From the NCBI GenBank assembly GCA_965153455.1, contig OZ234493.1, positions 28,510,213-28,574,212 on the forward strand: a DNA stretch of 64,000 nt. Reading direction: 5' to 3'. Of the stretch, positions 63,297 through 64,000 are shown in pieces. The translations under genes and the position numbers were made by a program. The first letter of the stretch is position 1; each line of letters opens with the position of its first letter. The stretch comes from Sphagnum compactum (taxonomy: Eukaryota). Below the pieces are notes generated by a model. It was not told the DNA's origin and searched no databases. It saw only the letters and a list, made by a program, of their open reading frames with translations.

Positions 63297-64000
63297 TCTT
63301 ATATATAAAGTGCCTTGTCTGTCCGTCGAGGTCCTGAAAGTCGAGGTCTTGTCCGTCCGTCGAGGTCCTGAAACCCAGATCGGGACCCGTAAAAGTAAAA
63401 TAACCACCCAAAAACCTGCCTGGCTCCTCTTTTCCGGGTTTTCGTGAAACCCGGCAGTTCTGTGCACGAAAACCCGGCAGTTCTGTGCACGAAAACCCGG
63501 CAGTTCTGTGATTATGTGGATGAAATATTATACGTTTTTAGTTCCGTCCAATGAGCTCAGAGTTCTGCATGGGTGGTTATGAGGATGAGATATCATGTAT
63601 TTGTAGTTCCGTCCAATTAGGAGGAATGATTTGTGGATGAAATATTGTAGTTTTGTCCACTTAGAGTTTTGGATGGATTGATTATGTGGATGAAATATTT
63701 ATGTATTCGTAAGTTCCGTCTAATGATAAGTTTTGCATGGTGATTTATTTGGATGAAATATCATGTATTTGTAATTCTGTCCAATTAGGAGTTCTGGATA
63801 GATGATTATGCAGGTGAAAATATTACGTATTTAGAGTTCCATCTAATTAGGAGTTCTGGATGGATTGATGATGTGGATGAAATATTATGTATTTATATAA
63901 TTCTATCCAATTAGGAGTTCTGGATGGATGATTCTGTGGCAGCAGGGCGGCTCTGAATGGTGCCCCTGCTGGCGTTTATACCAGTAATGTTCCATCTAAT
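63297..64000 (+). mobile_element. Helitron 5' portion with internal tandem repeats; runs off the window
   Basis: A|TCTTATATATAAAGTGCCTTGTCTGTCCGTC 5' end, similar to the end at 18256; gaaaacccggcagttctgtgcac x3 (63446-63510); about 6-7 copies of a ~65-70-bp gtggatgaaatatt...ttccgtccaattaggagttctggatgg unit. Confidence 0.6.

Overview
Eukaryotic, intron-rich land-plant nuclear DNA. Gene structure and repeat style suggest a moss, probably Sphagnum (inference). Five intact genes were reconstructed by hand from splice sites: a 19-exon class III HD-ZIP transcription factor (+, 777-9294), a 12-exon 2OG/Fe(II) dioxygenase of the DIN11/At3g50210 (2-ODD-C23) type (-, 26337-21468), an intronless SAM synthetase (-, 31036-29855), a 9-exon plastid-type aldo-keto reductase like At2g27680 (-, 45334-41473) and an F-box/LRR protein like At4g29420 (-, 61920-59460). 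There is also an acireductone dioxygenase pseudogene (-, 13066-11752). Intergenic space holds decayed TEs: a solo LTR, two Helitrons, several Tourist/Harbinger-type MITEs, a rearranged Copia, a probable Penelope-like RT fragment, hAT and MULE transposase remnants, and many local tandem duplications. Most notable: (1) the HD-ZIP III gene has an altered miR165/166 site and many CpG-type replacements of normally conserved residues, yet an intact frame; (2) the 5' half of the Copia is inverted; (3) the SAM synthetase is bracketed by two same-family MITEs and sits near ARD and 2-ODD-C23 genes. All homology calls come from recognised motifs; no database search was run.
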